A DNA stretch of 64,000 nucleotides from an uncultured virus (IMG/VR IMGVR_UViG_3300030433_003054) (lineage: Duplodnaviria > Heunggongvirae > Uroviricota > Caudoviricetes), in IMG/VR virus record IMGVR_UViG_3300030433_003054; one strand, 5' to 3'. A program made the position numbers and the translations under genes. The notes under the pieces are model-generated. The model was not told the origin of the DNA. It was given only the letters and a program-made list of their open reading frames with translations, and did not search any database. Position 1 is the first letter of the stretch, and the number at the start of each line of letters is the position of its first letter. Shown piece by piece: positions 1 to 9,575 of this stretch.

Positions 1-289
1 CGTAGTATTTTTTACGGGCCTCCCGTACAGCGATGTAAAAATCGCTGTACTGAGGAAGAGTAGATTCAATCCACTCTATATCAATGAGAGAGAGCTTGTT
101 CGCCTCCTCAAAAGTGTGTACCAAATCCCACTCAGGTTCATTGGGAATAAGAGTCTGAAATGGTGTAGATGGTTCTCTGTTGAGCAGTAGAAGGGCAACA
201 TCATTAGCAGCTTCGGTGACAGAGGTATAGACCTGAGTGTAAGTAGGTAGATCGATGTAGATCGTGTCTGAAAGAAATTTAATCATCAT
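1..289 (-). CDS. Hypothetical protein, truncated at window start
   Basis: Translated by hand: MMIKFLSDTIYIDLPTYTQ..., open to the edge. G-rich RBS upstream; starts just after the stop of 296..634. Confidence 0.65.
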   Translation of the reverse strand, partial: MMIKFLSDTIYIDLPTYTQVYTSVTEAANDVALLLLNREPSTPFQTLIPNEPEWDLVHTFEEANKLSLIDIEWIESTLPQYSDFYIAVREARKKYY

Positions 290-295
290 TACCCC

Positions 296-634
296 CTATG
301 ATACACTGTTTGGGAGTATAAGATTGCGCAACCCATTCATTACCGTCTGAAATTTCAGACGTTCGTTGGCAAAAAATTCCTTCTCATCTCTCATCTCTGT
401 GTAGAGGATATCGGCTACGATCCATAAAATATCAGACTCTGTAAGCAGATAATTTTTGAAAAAGGGAGCGATACCTTCGCCCTCCTCCATATCATAGATG
501 TAGCCCTTGACGGTGCGTCGTGCACCTTCAAATAGGGTTTCCCCTTTTTCAAGGCTGTAATATCCTTCACTGACCATAAATTGTAGGTATTTTTTGAATT
601 CTTGTATTTCAATGTGAATTTCATATTCGTTCAT
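296..634 (-). CDS. Hypothetical protein (112 aa)
   Basis: ORF with GGAG RBS upstream, in the transcription unit of the promoter at about 795-848. Confidence 0.75.
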   Translation of the reverse strand: MNEYEIHIEIQEFKKYLQFMVSEGYYSLEKGETLFEGARRTVKGYIYDMEEGEGIAPFFKNYLLTESDILWIVADILYTEMRDEKEFFANERLKFQTVMNGLRNLILPNSVS

Positions 635-636
635 GT

Positions 637-750
637 TTATTCTCCAATGTTTTTAGCAATAGTGATGATGGCAATAGTGCATGAGAGCACCATAAGAGTG
701 TAAAGCGAAGGCTTTACAATAAAGGTGGCGATAAATAAAAGTATCTCCAT
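637..750 (-). CDS. Small hydrophobic peptide (37 aa)
   Basis: Translated by hand: MEILLFIATFIVKPSLYTLMVLSCTIAIITIAKNIGE. GGAG RBS; first ORF after the promoter cassette; below the ORF-track cutoff. Confidence 0.55.
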   Translation of the reverse strand: MEILLFIATFIVKPSLYTLMVLSCTIAIITIAKNIGE

Positions 751-848
751 GAGATCTCCAATGAATTTTTGACGTGGGGATAGTCCCCAGTCCCTTATAT
801 CAATAAGGTTTACTACCTGTCAACACTTTTATGATGTATTTTCATAAA
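751..848 (-). promoter_or_regulatory. Operator-promoter-hairpin-RBS cassette, copy 1
   Basis: Minus strand: TTTATGA-N7-TCATAAA, 4 bp, TTGACA-GGTAGTAAACC..., a -10-like TATAAG, hairpin GGGGA-CTA-TCCCC, then ATTGGAG RBS. Confidence 0.75.
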
Positions 849-922
849 AAATTCATAAAAAAATCATAAACATTTATGGAATTCATAAAAAAATCATAAA
901 CAATTCATAAAAAAATCATAAA
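828..922. repeat. Array of seven direct TCATAAA heptamers, mostly 11 bp apart (iteron- or operator-like)
   Basis: TCATAAA starts at 842, 853, 864, 883, 894, 905 and 916. Inverted copies TTTATGA at 828 and TTTATGG at 873. Confidence 0.85.
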
Positions 923-1175
923 GTCGGAGACATTTAGTGACAAATGGGTAGGAGATTACAAGAATTGTAAGTATTCTTTTTTTAGACTTAAAATTTGCTT
1001 TTTTTATATATAAGGGGTTATGCTCCCCACAGGAGCATTAACCCCATATATAAAAAAAGTTATAATTATATGTTACATAGTGGTTATTGTGATTCGTCGG
1101 AGGAGCAATTGGGGTTACTAAGAATCTCAATTGCTCTTTGTATCATTGGGCCACTTTTAAAGAGTGGCCCTATTA

Positions 1176-1511
1176 CTAATGGAATTTCCGATCGTCGGAT
1201 TCGTCCAGCTTACTCCATACCTTTTCAAGATCGAATTCTGAATCCTCATCAGTGGGAGATAGCAGCATATTACCCACAAATGGTACTAGATCGAATCCCC
1301 GACTTGATACGATAAACCCTATGATAGGCTGACCGCCTATTTCCACAACAGCACGTTTGAGCTTAATTCGAGTCATACCAAATGCGACACAGATTTTAGC
1401 AACCTGATTCATCGGTTCGATGGGTAGACGGTTTAATTTTTGTACGGGTAACATATCTAGGTGCGATATAATCCATATTATTGGTTCTGATCCAGATAAA
1501 CCATACATCAT
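1176..1511 (-). CDS. Hypothetical protein
   Basis: Likely start MMYGLS at 1511, overlapping the stop of the upstream gene. Confidence 0.6.
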   Translation of the reverse strand: MMYGLSGSEPIIWIISHLDMLPVQKLNRLPIEPMNQVAKICVAFGMTRIKLKRAVVEIGGQPIIGFIVSSRGFDLVPFVGNMLLSPTDEDSEFDLEKVWSKLDESDDRKFH

Positions 1512-1795
1512 CGAATTGCCTTCTTTTGTAGGAGCTTCATTACAGATGCGCAAATATCTGAGTAGATCATCTCATGCGCTATCTCTGTGAGATTGGGGTC
1601 GTCTTGTAATTTCTGTTCGAATGTTTTGATAGCTACGATCTTACAGATCAGGGAGATTTGTATAGGTCGTGGGATATGGGTTCCCCGTATCCAGCGATAC
1701 ACACAGGGCAGAGGAAATTTCTCTTGGTCAGAAAAATTCTTCCCACTCTGATAATATGTTTCGACTTGTACACTAAACCAGTCGCTAAAATTCAT
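1508..1795 (-). CDS. Putative XRE-like helix-turn-helix protein
   Basis: Likely start MNFSDWF after GAGG. VYRWIRGTHIPRPIQISLICK resembles the XRE recognition helix and tail. Divergent from the DUF3987 gene. Confidence 0.55.
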   Translation of the reverse strand: MNFSDWFSVQVETYYQSGKNFSDQEKFPLPCVYRWIRGTHIPRPIQISLICKIVAIKTFEQKLQDDPNLTEIAHEMIYSDICASVMKLLQKKAIR

Positions 1796-1933
1796 AATTG
1801 TTGCCTCATGTTCATTGGTCAGATCTGAAAATAACATACAAGCTCTAATTATGGATTGGGAAATTAAAATATTGACACCACAATAATACATGAATAAGGG
1901 ACAATTGCCAAAAACCAACATAGGAGAATTCAG

Positions 1934-3142
1934 ATGATATCTGAGGATAGAGTCCGCTCATTTTTAGAGCTTTTACCCGTTCAATCATGGCTGAGACAAT
2001 ATGTATGTACAGCCTCCAAACTAACAACATCACCAGCCGCATACCACATAGCCTGTGGACTAGCGACACTTTCAGCCAGTGCACCATCGAATATCGGTAT
2101 CCAGTTTGCCGCTTGGCCCGTCCGAGCAAACTTTTACACAGTTCTTGTCGGACGATCAGGAGACGATCAAAAGAGTACCGCAACCCATATTGCACGATCT
2201 GTTATCAATATGGCTATTCCAGTGGTAATGCAGCCGAATCCCGTCAGTCCCGAAGGACTAGAAGAGTCCATCGGGCAGCAGAACAAACAAACCCTCATAT
2301 ATAGCGAATTTGGGTACTTTTTAACCCAAACCAAACAGGGTTACGGAGAGGGTCTTAAAACAAAGATCACCGATCTTTGGGACTGTACTCCGATTGGACG
2401 ACGCAAATCCAAGAGCGAAGATACTCTTGTCGTAAAAGATCCCCGATTGTCGATAATGGGTGCATGCGCTATGCCGTTCCTCTCCGAACACACAAACGCA
2501 GAAGATTGGAGCGGTGGCTTTCTAGGTCGATGGTTCTTTATCCATGCGCAACGAGAGAGGGTAGATTCGTTCCCAAATAGAGGGAAAAAAACTGAGGGCC
2601 TAGAAAAATTGGCTAACCAGCTTAAATCTAAATTTCAAACAGGAAATTATTTTTGTGCAGGATTGGATACAGAAGCCTTTGAAATGTGGGATCTATGGTA
2701 TAAAAACCTTGATTCCCGCAAAATGCCTAAGATCATCACAGGATTAAAGAGTCGTGCCCCAACCCATGCACTCCGAATCATACTCCTTCTTGCATTTGAT
2801 CTAGGGTATACAAGACAATATGATTGGATTATCGACACTCATCTAGTCAGCTTGGCTATTGAGATCACAGAGATGTATATAGATTCTCTCTGTTCAATCT
2901 CTGAAAATTTGGAGCCTGACGAAGAAAGCCGACTCAGGAAGAAGATTTTAGAATACTTGAAAGAGTGTGGTGGTATTGGTTCACTTGGTAATTTTATTCG
3001 CCAATACAGAACACCAGTAGCAATTACAAAAACCGCTATCGAGTGGCTATGCGTAGCAGGGTATATTCAAAAATTCGAAGCGACGAGCACTACAAAATCT
3101 GAGGGTGATCGATTCGATATCGTGATGAAGCTCATCGAATAA
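1934..3142 (+). CDS. DUF3987/YfjI-like P-loop protein (replication helicase-like) with possible C-terminal winged helix
   Basis: NFYTVLVGRSGDDQKST (Walker A-like), SPEGL, SEFG, LWDC, PRLSIMGA and GGFLGRW match this family. AGGAG RBS. Confidence 0.75.
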   Translation: MISEDRVRSFLELLPVQSWLRQYVCTASKLTTSPAAYHIACGLATLSASAPSNIGIQFAAWPVRANFYTVLVGRSGDDQKSTATHIARSVINMAIPVVMQPNPVSPEGLEESIGQQNKQTLIYSEFGYFLTQTKQGYGEGLKTKITDLWDCTPIGRRKSKSEDTLVVKDPRLSIMGACAMPFLSEHTNAEDWSGGFLGRWFFIHAQRERVDSFPNRGKKTEGLEKLANQLKSKFQTGNYFCAGLDTEAFEMWDLWYKNLDSRKMPKIITGLKSRAPTHALRIILLLAFDLGYTRQYDWIIDTHLVSLAIEITEMYIDSLCSISENLEPDEESRLRKKILEYLKECGGIGSLGNFIRQYRTPVAITKTAIEWLCVAGYIQKFEATSTTKSEGDRFDIVMKLIE

Positions 3143-3170
3143 CGAAACCCTAGAAAAAGAAAATAGGAGA

Positions 3171-3198
3171 GAAAGGGAGGTTTATGAACCTCCCTTTC
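3171..3198. terminator. Hairpin terminator between convergent genes
   Basis: GAAAGGGAGGTT-TATG-AACCTCCCTTTC, perfect 12-bp stem. Confidence 0.7.
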
Positions 3199-3225
3199 AA
3201 AATTCTAACACACAGAGAAATGCTT

Positions 3226-3546
3226 TTATAGACTACGGTAGGTCTGAACCATGCCATAAACAGTCATTGCCGCACCACCCAGTTGAAGAGCTTGCTTTTG
3301 TGTCAGTGGCACTTTTTTAGCGATCTTCTTTTTAGAACCCATGTAAGTACCAGCGACTATCATAGCTATACCAGCCGCACCGATCAATGAATCGGTTTTC
3401 ATACCGTAAATTCCCTTAAAAAACTCAACGGGTGTATTCATCAGCTTAGTCGTATCCAGTGCGCCATATGTAGCAGCATTGGGGACAGGATAGTAAGAAA
3501 ATTGTGATGGGGTGTGAGCAGGGTCGAGATAGCCTTGTCTATACAT
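3226..3546 (-). CDS. Small membrane protein (two hydrophobic segments)
   Basis: LIGAAGIAMIVAGTYM and LQLGGAAMTVYGMV. GGAG RBS. Confidence 0.7.
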   Translation of the reverse strand: MYRQGYLDPAHTPSQFSYYPVPNAATYGALDTTKLMNTPVEFFKGIYGMKTDSLIGAAGIAMIVAGTYMGSKKKIAKKVPLTQKQALQLGGAAMTVYGMVQTYRSL

Positions 3547-3575
3547 ATGTACTCCGTATGATAATTGTCATTTTT

Positions 3576-3604
3576 ATTATGCACCTCTCCATGAAAATGC
3601 GCAA
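3576..3604 (-). promoter_or_regulatory. Sigma70-like promoter
   Basis: TTGCGC-17 bp-CATAAT upstream of 3546. Confidence 0.5.
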
Positions 3605-3617
3605 TTGTCACAAGTGA

Positions 3618-3977
3618 CTACTTTTTAATCCGATCTTTCTTGATTGCAGTATCCAGCAACCGCCTCATAAATTCGCTTTTTGTAAAACTTTGCTTCTTTG
3701 CCATGCGAATAAGACGTGCTTCCTCCGATCTAGTCATTGTAACAACGACTTTTTGTGTTCTTCTCTCTTCTATGGGGAGCTTCTTTCTTCCAGCTTTACT
3801 CTTTCTTCTCTTTTTTTTAGGTTTATTCTCTATTGGCTCTTCGGGCCGTTCAAATTCCTCTTTTTCAGGGGCCTGATCATGGGCCTGATCATAGACCTGA
3901 CCGTATGAAAAAGGAGAACGAATTGTAGATTTTTTTTTAGGATTTTGGTGCTTTTTAATCTGACGTAAAATAGCCAT
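3618..3977 (-). CDS. Ribbon-helix-helix DNA-binding protein (MobC/CopG-like C-terminus)
   Basis: GRKKLPIEERRTQKVVVTMTRSEEARLIRMAKKQSFTKSEFMRRLL is a typical RHH pattern. Confidence 0.7.
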   Translation of the reverse strand: MAILRQIKKHQNPKKKSTIRSPFSYGQVYDQAHDQAPEKEEFERPEEPIENKPKKKRRKSKAGRKKLPIEERRTQKVVVTMTRSEEARLIRMAKKQSFTKSEFMRRLLDTAIKKDRIKK

Positions 3978-4096
3978 CTATACTCTCTTTTTGTGGTGTC
4001 GATAATCATATTAACATATCCGACAAATTTTTAAAAATATTGAACATTGCTCAGGACTGTATATTTTAGGAGTGACACAAAAACAGCGGGGATTTT

Positions 4097-5956
4097 ATGA
4101 GCAAAGATCGCACAGGAAGAGATGAAGAGCTATTTGATATTGGCTTCGGTGATGGAGAGGACGACAATGAGCTTGTCGAGTATGATGGAACTGAAATATT
4201 ACCCGAATCTCCTCATATAAAACGACAGAGAAGATCAAGGTCACGACGTACAAACGTGCATGGTTCCGAAGCTATGTTTGTGGAAGGCAGATCGATATCG
4301 CCTCCCCTGTTTGCCGAAGCATCTAATTTTCCTGAATGTACCCAAATGAGGGTTTGGAAAATGGAAAATGGACAACCCGTCGGATTGGGAACCATATCGT
4401 CAACAGCCACCGAAGAGGATTTGATTCACGAATTCCGTAGTGCCATGCCGACCGATGGAGAAAGAAAGGGAACATTTAAGATTCGTCCTCTTGATATCAA
4501 TGGCACAGAGCTAGGTCAGGAATTCACAAAGATTATCTCAGCGCACCATGCAGCACTCAAAAAACAAACCAGTGGGGGGAGTCCAGCGGGATCTATGGGG
4601 AACGTACCCCAAGAGATGATACAAATGCTCAGACAAACCCTAGAAGCCTCTCAAAGATCGCTTGAAGAGGAGCGCAGGAGAACCCAATATTATATGCAGG
4701 AGATAGCTAAGGAGCGAATGAACCTAGCAAACCAAACAGCCGAAGGGGTACAAAGTATCTCTGAACGCATGATGAGAGCAGATGCTGAACGTACTGAATT
4801 AATGCTCAAACAGGAACGTGAACGTAACAGGCAGTCACAAGACAATATGGCTTCCTTCTTTCAGAGTAATATAGAAATTTTACAAGGGGAGAGAGAACGG
4901 GCCGCAACATTGGCAGATCATCAGGCTAAACGGGATCAAACATTTTATGAAAAGATGATGGAGAGAGAGGCTTTTCAGCGACAAAAAGATCGGGAAGATT
5001 CAAGAGCGCACCTTGAACAGATGCGCCAAGAATTCCAATTAAAGATGCAGGAAGAGCAATTAAGAAGGGAACGTGATCGTGAAGATTGGGAGAGACGAAG
5101 GCAAGCTGAACAAGACGAATACGAACGCAAAGAACGTGTACGACTCAGAGAATTAGAGGAGCAAAGAGCTAGGGATTTGGCCGAAAAGAAAGAGAGAGAA
5201 GCATATCGCCAGCGAGAACATGAAATTCGATTGGAGGAAATGAAGCTCCAAGCTCAACGGGACAGAGAACATCAGGAACGCATGATGCAATTACAAATGT
5301 TAGCGACCGACAAAGAGCAGGCAGGAAGCACCAAAAATGTAATTAAAGACCTTGTAAAAACGATGCGTGAATTCGGATTGGAGCCAAAAGAGATGATCGA
5401 TAGGCTTATGAATAAAGGAGATGATGGTGGAAGCTCCACAACGTCAGAGGTGCTAGGTGCAATAACCAATATCGCAGGGAGCGCATCGGAGGTTTTAAAG
5501 GAGTCCATTAAAGCAAAATCAGCCGAAAAGGTATCTAATAATGCACCCTATGTTCCACCGTCGATGATGATAGATCAAATGCCCGATATGGATATGCAGC
5601 ATCATCTGAGACAAAGAGAAATGGCGAAATTGCCACAGCAACAGCAACAGCAACCCGTTGAACAGCCAGCTATTCCACAGCGACCACAAACCAAATTAAA
5701 CCTTTTTGATCAAAAAAGAGTCAGAAATGCAATGCGTAAATTGGTGCAAAATCTCCGTAGTCACACAGCCGATTTGTGGGAGGGCCTAATTACACAGGCG
5801 ATCACAGCAGAATTTTTGATTTTCACTTATTGCAACGACGTATCCGTCCAGTATGCGATTAAAGAGGGTGGGGGAGATGAGAAAATGGCTGAACAGGTAA
5901 TCGAACGATTGCGCAAACACCCATTAGTGCCAGAGGATATGCGTTATTATGAGTGA
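4097..5956 (+). CDS. Long coiled-coil protein (619 aa)
   Basis: Long ORF with a central E/R/Q-rich helical region. Confidence 0.8.
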   Translation: MSKDRTGRDEELFDIGFGDGEDDNELVEYDGTEILPESPHIKRQRRSRSRRTNVHGSEAMFVEGRSISPPLFAEASNFPECTQMRVWKMENGQPVGLGTISSTATEEDLIHEFRSAMPTDGERKGTFKIRPLDINGTELGQEFTKIISAHHAALKKQTSGGSPAGSMGNVPQEMIQMLRQTLEASQRSLEEERRRTQYYMQEIAKERMNLANQTAEGVQSISERMMRADAERTELMLKQERERNRQSQDNMASFFQSNIEILQGERERAATLADHQAKRDQTFYEKMMEREAFQRQKDREDSRAHLEQMRQEFQLKMQEEQLRRERDREDWERRRQAEQDEYERKERVRLRELEEQRARDLAEKKEREAYRQREHEIRLEEMKLQAQRDREHQERMMQLQMLATDKEQAGSTKNVIKDLVKTMREFGLEPKEMIDRLMNKGDDGGSSTTSEVLGAITNIAGSASEVLKESIKAKSAEKVSNNAPYVPPSMMIDQMPDMDMQHHLRQREMAKLPQQQQQQPVEQPAIPQRPQTKLNLFDQKRVRNAMRKLVQNLRSHTADLWEGLITQAITAEFLIFTYCNDVSVQYAIKEGGGDEKMAEQVIERLRKHPLVPEDMRYYE

Positions 5957-6485
5957 AATAAGAATAGACGTAGGCAGCGCAACAATTGTCGTCAATGGTG
6001 ATTATCACCTCCAAATTAAGGACAACACGATCTTTATCTCCTCATCTCAATTTGATGAGGAGATAAAGCCTCTCAAATCCCCTAAGAGTGCACCAAAGCA
6101 TGAAAAGGTAAAGGAGCCATACTATGATCAAGAGCGACTAAGATCGGGGTCGGAGGCTCTATATGGACTGATTGAAACATGGAAAATGGGATTTGATATA
6201 AAGGGAGCCACACAGCCCGATAGAGTACAAGCTCTCAGGACGTGCATAGCTCATAATGGAGATCAATTGTTATTGTTTCTTCGGTATTCGAAGGGCCTGA
6301 CCAATGCGATTTTAAACCTGTTTCCTCCTCTCCCAGCGGCAGAGGAGATTCAGAAGGTTGATCATAGCAAATACATACGCAAATTAGCCTGTAATATTGC
6401 TCAGGTATCTAGCCTTGTCGCACCTGAGATAACAGATTTTTTAGAACCCCACTCAAACTACCTACAACAGAAATTTTATTGGTAA
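5949..6485 (+). CDS. Hypothetical protein
   Basis: Overlaps the upstream stop; GAGG RBS. Confidence 0.7.
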   Translation: MSEIRIDVGSATIVVNGDYHLQIKDNTIFISSSQFDEEIKPLKSPKSAPKHEKVKEPYYDQERLRSGSEALYGLIETWKMGFDIKGATQPDRVQALRTCIAHNGDQLLLFLRYSKGLTNAILNLFPPLPAAEEIQKVDHSKYIRKLACNIAQVSSLVAPEITDFLEPHSNYLQQKFYW

Positions 6486-6497
6486 GGACACAACAAC

Positions 6498-6908
6498 ATG
6501 AATAACGACGAATACATTTGCGCTCTCAGTGGATTAGCACCAAAAGAGAGTGACTATATAGATGGCAATGATGAATTGGAAGATTTGCCTCTAAATTGGA
6601 CGAGAATAACCATACAAACCCGAAAAGAGAACCCTAAATATGATCTCCTTTTAGCGGTCAAGTCAGTGATGAGAACGCAATTGGAAGAGCAAATTGATGA
6701 TGAATTGCCCAGCGAACAAAAAGAATTAGCAAAAGCCTCTATTGCATTACAGGTCGATGCTCAATTTGCCGCCATAGCTCCTGAAATACCGCAATTCCTC
6801 ATAGATGAGAGAGTGACCTATGTTAGCGACGTGTCAGGCGACAAAGAGCTTAAAGAAGCATGGGAGAACCTATTACAAAACTTAGATCTGACCAGTGAAG
6901 AGGAATAA
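6498..6908 (+). CDS. Hypothetical acidic protein
   Basis: ORF with AAGGA RBS, same operon. Confidence 0.7.
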   Translation: MNNDEYICALSGLAPKESDYIDGNDELEDLPLNWTRITIQTRKENPKYDLLLAVKSVMRTQLEEQIDDELPSEQKELAKASIALQVDAQFAAIAPEIPQFLIDERVTYVSDVSGDKELKEAWENLLQNLDLTSEEE

Positions 6909-7108
6909 TGCCACTATATGAGTATAAGTGCTCAAAGTGCGGCCATGAGGTCGAGTTATTGCAAGGGTACGACGGTAAAGCACCCAAATGTAATAAATGC
7001 AATGAACGCACTATGAAGAGGCAAATATCAAGGAATAGCTTCTCTCTTAAAGGGTCGGGGTGGTACAAAGATCACTATGGACTCAAAAAGCAAAAAGGGG
7101 ACTCATAA
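6908..7108 (+). CDS. FmdB-family zinc-ribbon protein
   Basis: MPLYEYKCSKCGH...CNKC...FSLKGSGWYKDHY family signature. Confidence 0.85.
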   Translation: MPLYEYKCSKCGHEVELLQGYDGKAPKCNKCNERTMKRQISRNSFSLKGSGWYKDHYGLKKQKGDS

Positions 7109-7117
7109 AGAGTCCCC
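7092..7117 (-). terminator. Terminator of the GGGGACTC...GAGTCCCC family
   Basis: Minus strand GGGGACTCTTTATGAGTCCCC followed by TTTTT. Confidence 0.75.
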
Positions 7118-7140
7118 TATAATAGCCTTGTATCAGTCAG

Positions 7141-7428
7141 TTATTCGATAGGTCTTAAACATTGAGATGGTACATCACACTCAGGCAAATTCACCTCTTT
7201 TCTTAATTCGTTCCAACGGGCCTGAACTTTTTCATTTATTTTTTGAGAGATAAAATTTCGTACATCGATCAATTGAGTTTCAGGAAGATGCTGTAACTCA
7301 GATGGTGATATTCCCAAATGAGCAAGTGCGGGTATTGTGTATTTCAATTGCAATCCAGCATTTTTAGAGAGGGTCTGACAAATGTCTATATGTACTTTTT
7401 CTAAGCGAACTTTTGTAATATTTTTCAT
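7141..7428 (-). CDS. Hypothetical protein (cassette gene)
   Basis: Likely start MKNITK at 7428 after ATTGGAG. The longer track start lies inside the promoter hairpin. Confidence 0.65.
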   Translation of the reverse strand: MKNITKVRLEKVHIDICQTLSKNAGLQLKYTIPALAHLGISPSELQHLPETQLIDVRNFISQKINEKVQARWNELRKEVNLPECDVPSQCLRPIE

Positions 7429-7530
7429 GGGTAGCTCCAATGAGATTTGACAAGGAGAGATTAATCTCTCCTGCATACCTTAAAGCATGGTTTACTACCT
7501 GTCAACACCTTTATGATTTTTTTTCATAAA
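7429..7530 (-). promoter_or_regulatory. Operator-promoter-hairpin-RBS cassette, copy 2
   Basis: TTTATGA-N7-TCATAAA (7510-7530), TTGACA-GGTAGTAAACCATGCTT-TAAGGT, hairpin AGGAGAGA-TTAA-TCTCTCCT, ATTGGAG. Confidence 0.8.
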
Positions 7531-9575
7531 GACTTTTCTTTACCCACTAATTCTAGCAAGCTCCAATCGGCTTTATCGGCTGCGCTTCCTGATTCCCAAC
7601 GTATTTTATCCACGTCAGAGAGCGATTTTTTCTTATCTCCACCTTTTCGAGAACCACCCAATGTCGTCTTGGTGGCAAAGTATGTAGGTCTTAATCCCTT
7701 ATCTTTCAGTGCCGCATACGTTGTTCCCTCTTCGGAGTCCAGCGAATAGGTGACAAATAGATTCTTCATCTTTGGGTCGCCTCTTCCTAGCAACGGCACG
7801 AGATCCATAACCCGACTAGTCAGCATAGATGATGCACCTAATATTGTTCCGTCTGATGCAACCCTAGTCAATTCCACAACATTATTAGGGTCTAATCCTT
7901 CTCTTGGATCTCTATCCCACCGTCCAGTAGGAGTATTGACCGTTGCAACGGCTCCAATCCTCCCATCTGTATCCATTACAGCAATTGCCATCATTAAACC
8001 CCTCATATTGATATTTGGGAGTGCTGAGTGGTGTTTCGCTATGTATTCCTGCGCAAAGCTCTTAGGCACGTTTGTGATAATATAGCGATCTTCTTTGCCA
8101 GCTAAAAATCTTCCTACTGCATCGACCAATAGTGCATATGTTTCGATGGGGAATCCATATTTTTCAGGTGGTTCCAGCACTTTGAATTTAGGATATGTTT
8201 TTTCTAGCTTATCAATACGTTTTTTGAGATGATCACACGATATGGTTTTACCCTGTTTCGAAGCCTCCCATCTTTTGCGACGACAATCTTTATACTCTTT
8301 TTTGAGTTGTACAAGCTCTTCATCTATCGGCTTAGTGATTTTTCGATATTCTTTTAATCTAAACTCTTCGTCTGTTTCTCTATCCTGTGTGATTTTATTT
8401 AATCGTTTGATGATACGTTCATATTTTTTCATCACACTCTTTTTAATTTCGGTGTACTTTTTAGTGGTCAGCTTGGCCCCCCCAGCTTGATCTGCTATTT
8501 TCCCCAATACAGCGATCTGTATAGCGATGCTTTCAACGTCAGAGAGATAAAACAGATGTTCATTGAGGAGGGTTAGCAATTTCCATCGTATTGTCAACGG
8601 CAATTTTGTACCGTCTGCTTTCTCCTTCGGTATATAAAATTCAGAGAGTACGAATTCTTTTGTGAATTGCGGATCAAGTTCCCGATCAATAAAAACTGAT
8701 TCATCTAAAATAGCGATGATCTCAGAGTAAGACGGTGTTCCGTACCCATACAGTGTATCCATATCGAAATTATCAAAGAGGAATAGACTATCGACAATTC
8801 TTTTTGCGGCTTTAAACGGGTCGTATTTAAAATCTCTCTTTCTGAGTTTTCGTCGTGCTTTTTTGCCGCCCGTCCCTTTTGTGGGATCATCACCTAATTT
8901 GCTAAATTGCTCAAACCGACTCAGACCACGTTCTTTTAGATTCTCCTCATCTCCAAATCTCTGAGAGAGAGCTTGTATCATCATTTTTTGTTCAGGATAT
9001 ATCGTCTTATCTTTCAATCGCTTGTAATACCTGATAAAAGGAGCCTTGTTTATGAGGAGCCAGTTTAAGGCTCCTCTATACGTTCCTTGACCTTTTGTCG
9101 TATCTCTCCATGATGGTTTTTGTTTACCGTCCTGATCTACTCCACGATCAGAATCTAAAAAATCATCTAGGTCAGAGATATCATGTACTTTTAAACCTGC
9201 CTCTTCCAATGCTTCTTTATAGAGCTTTGATCCGATGAAAAGAACATTTTTACCTTTTTTCCCCCATGTTTTTTTAAAGAGAGGGACTATATCGCTCAAT
9301 CGTACCTCATGCGAATCGATCTTTTTTTTAGAGTCAGGAACGATCACTTTATTGTATGGCTCAATTTCTTTTGTGATGGGTATAATACCATGTTTAGCTG
9401 ATACAACATAGGTAGGAAATGGGTCTTGTTCACCAGTTGAACGATACCATTGGCCGAAAATCTGACATAAACCATTAGTATATAAATCCCATACTTGGGT
9501 CTTATAATTTCTTTTATTCGCACCACACTGTATGAGGAGAGGATATTTGTATATACCGATTTTCATTTTTTCCAT
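7524..9575 (-). CDS. Multidomain protein: N-terminal DUF6884/YaaA-like domain and C-terminal XF1762/Mom-like GNAT domain
   Basis: N-terminus LIQCGANK..LYT..VVSAKHGII..IEPYN. C-terminus AQEYIAKHHS..VATVNTP..VELTRVA..SMLTS..VTYSLDSEEG..YAAL..K.RWE. Confidence 0.65.
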   Translation of the reverse strand: MEKMKIGIYKYPLLIQCGANKRNYKTQVWDLYTNGLCQIFGQWYRSTGEQDPFPTYVVSAKHGIIPITKEIEPYNKVIVPDSKKKIDSHEVRLSDIVPLFKKTWGKKGKNVLFIGSKLYKEALEEAGLKVHDISDLDDFLDSDRGVDQDGKQKPSWRDTTKGQGTYRGALNWLLINKAPFIRYYKRLKDKTIYPEQKMMIQALSQRFGDEENLKERGLSRFEQFSKLGDDPTKGTGGKKARRKLRKRDFKYDPFKAAKRIVDSLFLFDNFDMDTLYGYGTPSYSEIIAILDESVFIDRELDPQFTKEFVLSEFYIPKEKADGTKLPLTIRWKLLTLLNEHLFYLSDVESIAIQIAVLGKIADQAGGAKLTTKKYTEIKKSVMKKYERIIKRLNKITQDRETDEEFRLKEYRKITKPIDEELVQLKKEYKDCRRKRWEASKQGKTISCDHLKKRIDKLEKTYPKFKVLEPPEKYGFPIETYALLVDAVGRFLAGKEDRYIITNVPKSFAQEYIAKHHSALPNINMRGLMMAIAVMDTDGRIGAVATVNTPTGRWDRDPREGLDPNNVVELTRVASDGTILGASSMLTSRVMDLVPLLGRGDPKMKNLFVTYSLDSEEGTTYAALKDKGLRPTYFATKTTLGGSRKGGDKKKSLSDVDKIRWESGSAADKADWSLLELVGKEKSL

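Noticed and set aside
828..922. CRISPR array
   Set aside because: Repeats are 7 bp with mostly 4-bp gaps, there are no unique spacers, and no cas genes were recognised.
995..1315. 106-aa plus-strand ORF
   Set aside because: TTG start, no RBS, runs through the AT-rich tract and overlaps 1176..1511 on the opposite strand.
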